64,000 nucleotides of DNA from Octopus bimaculoides (lineage: Eukaryota): NCBI RefSeq assembly GCF_001194135.2, contig NC_068990.1:89223406-89287405 (forward strand), given 5' to 3'. Made by a program: the position numbers and the translations under genes. The notes under the pieces were generated by a model. The model was not told the DNA's origin, did not search any database, and saw only the letters and a list, made by a program, of their open reading frames with translations. The first letter of the stretch is position 1, and the number at the start of each line of letters is the position of its first letter. Positions 61,655 through 64,000 of this stretch are shown piece by piece.

Positions 61655-61825
61655 ACTGGGCGTTGAGGCAGTTACTCAACAACTCAATTGTGGACGTAAT
61701 ATACCTTGATTTTGCAAAAGCTTTTGACAAAGTGGATCATGGTATGATATGCAACAAACTGCGTTATCCTGGCATAGCTAGAAAACTCAGAGATTGGTTA
61801 CATGACTTTTTGAATGATAGAAGGC
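61655..61825 (+). mobile_element. CR1-type RT fragment
   Basis: VDVIYLDFAKAFDKVDHG...KL...WLHDFLNDR is the classic RT domain 3 motif. Confidence 0.9.
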
Positions 61826-61826
61826 G

Positions 61827-61950
61827 GCACTGGCAACGGTCACGCTCAAAATGGTGCATTTCATGTGTCACCCGCACAAGAGCCAGCCCAGGGGCACTGG
61901 CAACGATCTCGCTCGAAAATCCTATGACGGCCCCGCACAAGAGCCAGTCA
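61827..61950 (-). repeat. Two imperfect ~67-bp tandem units from the family D interior
   Basis: gcactggcaacg...cccgcacaagagccag occurs twice (61827, 61894). Confidence 0.8.
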
Positions 61951-62344
61951 AACCATCTTAATATATCTAATATTTTAATCTAAAAATTTTAATCAAATAA
62001 CAAATTACATAAATATATCATAGAAATATTAATTTAAAAGTCAAATTTATAAATTGGACAGTAAAAATTAATACGATAATATACAGTATGGAAGTATAAA
62101 TGTATAGAAGTTAGTGCTAGTACATAGACTAAGCGCGTTTCATGGTTGAAATAGGATTATATAAAATCATAAGCAAATTCTATCCAAGTTCATTAGAATG
62201 GGGAAATGATTTTACTCCCAAATCAGTCACCGTTCAGGACAAATCCCTAAGAAAATACCTAAAATCATTCAAAGAATAAACATAAACATGAGATATAAAA
62301 ATATATATACACACACATATGGGCATATATACAAACACACGCTC

Positions 62345-63200
62345 ACAGACATTTTGTTAGGTTTCGGCCAGTATTGGCCCAGGCCATGTCTAACTTAAGA
62401 CCACCGCCCGGCAAACTCATTCAAATCAGGAATCGGACAACCTGGCTCACTCAAGTAGAGAGTTATTGTTTACAGAGACATATCCGTGTGTAGGAGGTCT
62501 ATCCAGGATTTTTGAAGGAATTTGTTCAAAGACTTCTTGAACTTAAGGGTGTCTTTTTCTGCTTTAATGTGTTTTGGTTTTATGTTAAACAGAGTGGGGC
62601 GAATTGAGGTGAAATAATTGTGCCATATTGTTCTTATGAGATGCGAGTGTGATTTATGTTGTGGGCAGGTAGCATGGGGCCCAATCCTTGGGTGTATCTT
62701 AAAAGTGATGTCAACATCATTTGGGCAATGCTGATGGAATATATTCCACATCATGCAGATGTAGTGCTCATGGTGACGTTGAGAATAAAGCTTGAGTTTT
62801 TCTAGTCAACCCCAAAAGTCAAGCCTTGTCATGTCATGTATGTTTTTTTTTTTGTAATTGACCTTTGAGATGCTTCAACTTTCATGATACTTTGTTTCAT
62901 GTGGGGATACCACAATAGGCAACAGTATTCAAGGTGGGGTCAGGCTAATGGTGTGGATATTTCTTGATTGGAAAGTTCTGAGAATCCAGGAACACGTTTT
63001 GTGGGCCATGTCGACTTTGCTGTTTATATGAATGGCCCAGCTTATGTTGTTGTCCACAATTACTCCCAAGTTTCCGATGTTGCTGAATGCCATGAGAGTT
63101 TCACCTGAAGGAAGAGAGTATGGGAGTTTTAGGGTATCCTCTTTTTGAAGTAGATTAACTCAAAGTTGTCCTCGTTCAGCAGCATATTGTTCTTTTTCGC
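62345..63200 (-). mobile_element. CR1-type LINE 3' portion with 3' UTR
   Basis: WAKKNNMLLNEDNFELI, NLGVIVDNNISW, LEYCC.LW.P, RLEKLKLYS and MMWNIFHQHCP in order. Confidence 0.9.
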
Positions 63201-63739
63201 CCATTGGATGACAGCCAACAGGTCTCTCTCTCTCTCTCTCACACAGTCATTTTTGTTAATTTTCTTCCTCTGTGTATAAAATCATTTATTAAAAACAGGA
63301 ATAATAAAATGTTTCCTTTATTTGAAAATTTGCTGTGGCCACTAGCATTTTCCCTTAAAATGTTCTGGTTCTCATCATCTAGTTGATACTTGTTTAAAGC
63401 ATGGCAGTTAGTTAAATTTATTATATATTATTTTTAGGAACTAGTTCTTTGAACTATGTTTGTAGAGTAAACAATATTTCTGATAACATAAATGTGTTTT
63501 ACATGCACACACACGTGCACACACACACACTTGAAAGGCCAGATTTGATGAAACTTCAAAGTTACTATCACATTTGAAAAAGAAATTATATCTAACTCTA
63601 CTTATTGAATTCTTTTTTTTCAGTTAATAGTTTTTTTTTTGTTTTTATGTATATATTTTTCACTTTCCTTGTGTGTGTGTGTGTGGGAGGTATTGCACAA
63701 ATGAGCTAAGAGAAATTATGATGATATACAGGTGCAAGC

Positions 63740-63812
63740 ATATAGTCAGAATTTTACTTCCCAACCACATAGTTCCAGGTTCAATCACATTGTGTGGCAC
63801 CTTGGGCAAGTG
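63740..63812 (-). mobile_element. SINE family A head fragment
   Basis: cccaaccacatagttccaggttcaatcacattgtgtggcaccttgggcaagtgtc read on the + strand; orientation uncertain. Confidence 0.6.
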
Positions 63813-64000
63813 TCGTCGTCGTTGTTTAACGTCCGCTTTCCATGCTAGCATGGGTTGGACGATTTGACTGAGGACTGGTGAAACCAGATGGCTACACCAG
63901 GCTCCAATCTGATTTGGCAGAGTTTCTACAGCTGGATGCCCTTCCTAACGCCAACCACTCAGAGAGTGTAGTGGGTGCTTTTACGTGTCACCCACACGAA
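63813..64000 (-). mobile_element. Family D tail, young copy (CpGs intact), runs off the window
   Basis: Nearly identical to the insert at 21229-21376. Confidence 0.85.

Noticed and set aside
61655-63200. Opposed CR1 fragments as a twin-priming inversion
   Set aside because: The inverted piece lies on the 3' side of the minus-strand element, the wrong side for twin priming; two insertions are more likely.
1-64000. CRISPR arrays, rRNA, prokaryotic operons or integrated viral genes
   Set aside because: No regularly spaced repeat-spacer array, rRNA-like sequence or long intact ORF; the DNA is animal intronic or intergenic.

Overview
Eukaryotic, AT-rich, microsatellite- and SINE-dense DNA with two N-gaps. 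It is most likely from a coleoid cephalopod (Octopus); this is inferred from the repeat families and composition, not from a search. Bases ~1-47 kb are almost entirely decayed transposons: two Neptune-type Penelope-like elements (PLE), several R4/Dong, CR1-type and RTE LINE fragments, a hAT transposase relic, two mariner relics, mariner/hAT/piggyBac MITEs and many SINEs. A CpG-retaining, promoter-like domain spans ~47.7-53.7 kb. It is followed by a plausible small spliced plus-strand gene that I cannot name (candidate exons 48382-48482, 57569/57595-57649, 59658-59837, 60787-~61190). The best leads are: (1) a 386-bp near-perfect palindrome at 9134-9519 whose loop carries a minimal hammerhead-ribozyme core; (2) a ~1.3-kb head-to-head mariner foldback at 27611-28901; (3) an in-frame UAG/uORF puzzle in the candidate gene; (4) tandem Dong relics meeting at a (TAA)n tract. 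Almost all ORFs in the supplied track are microsatellite or chance ORFs. TE boundaries are approximate because they were read by eye.
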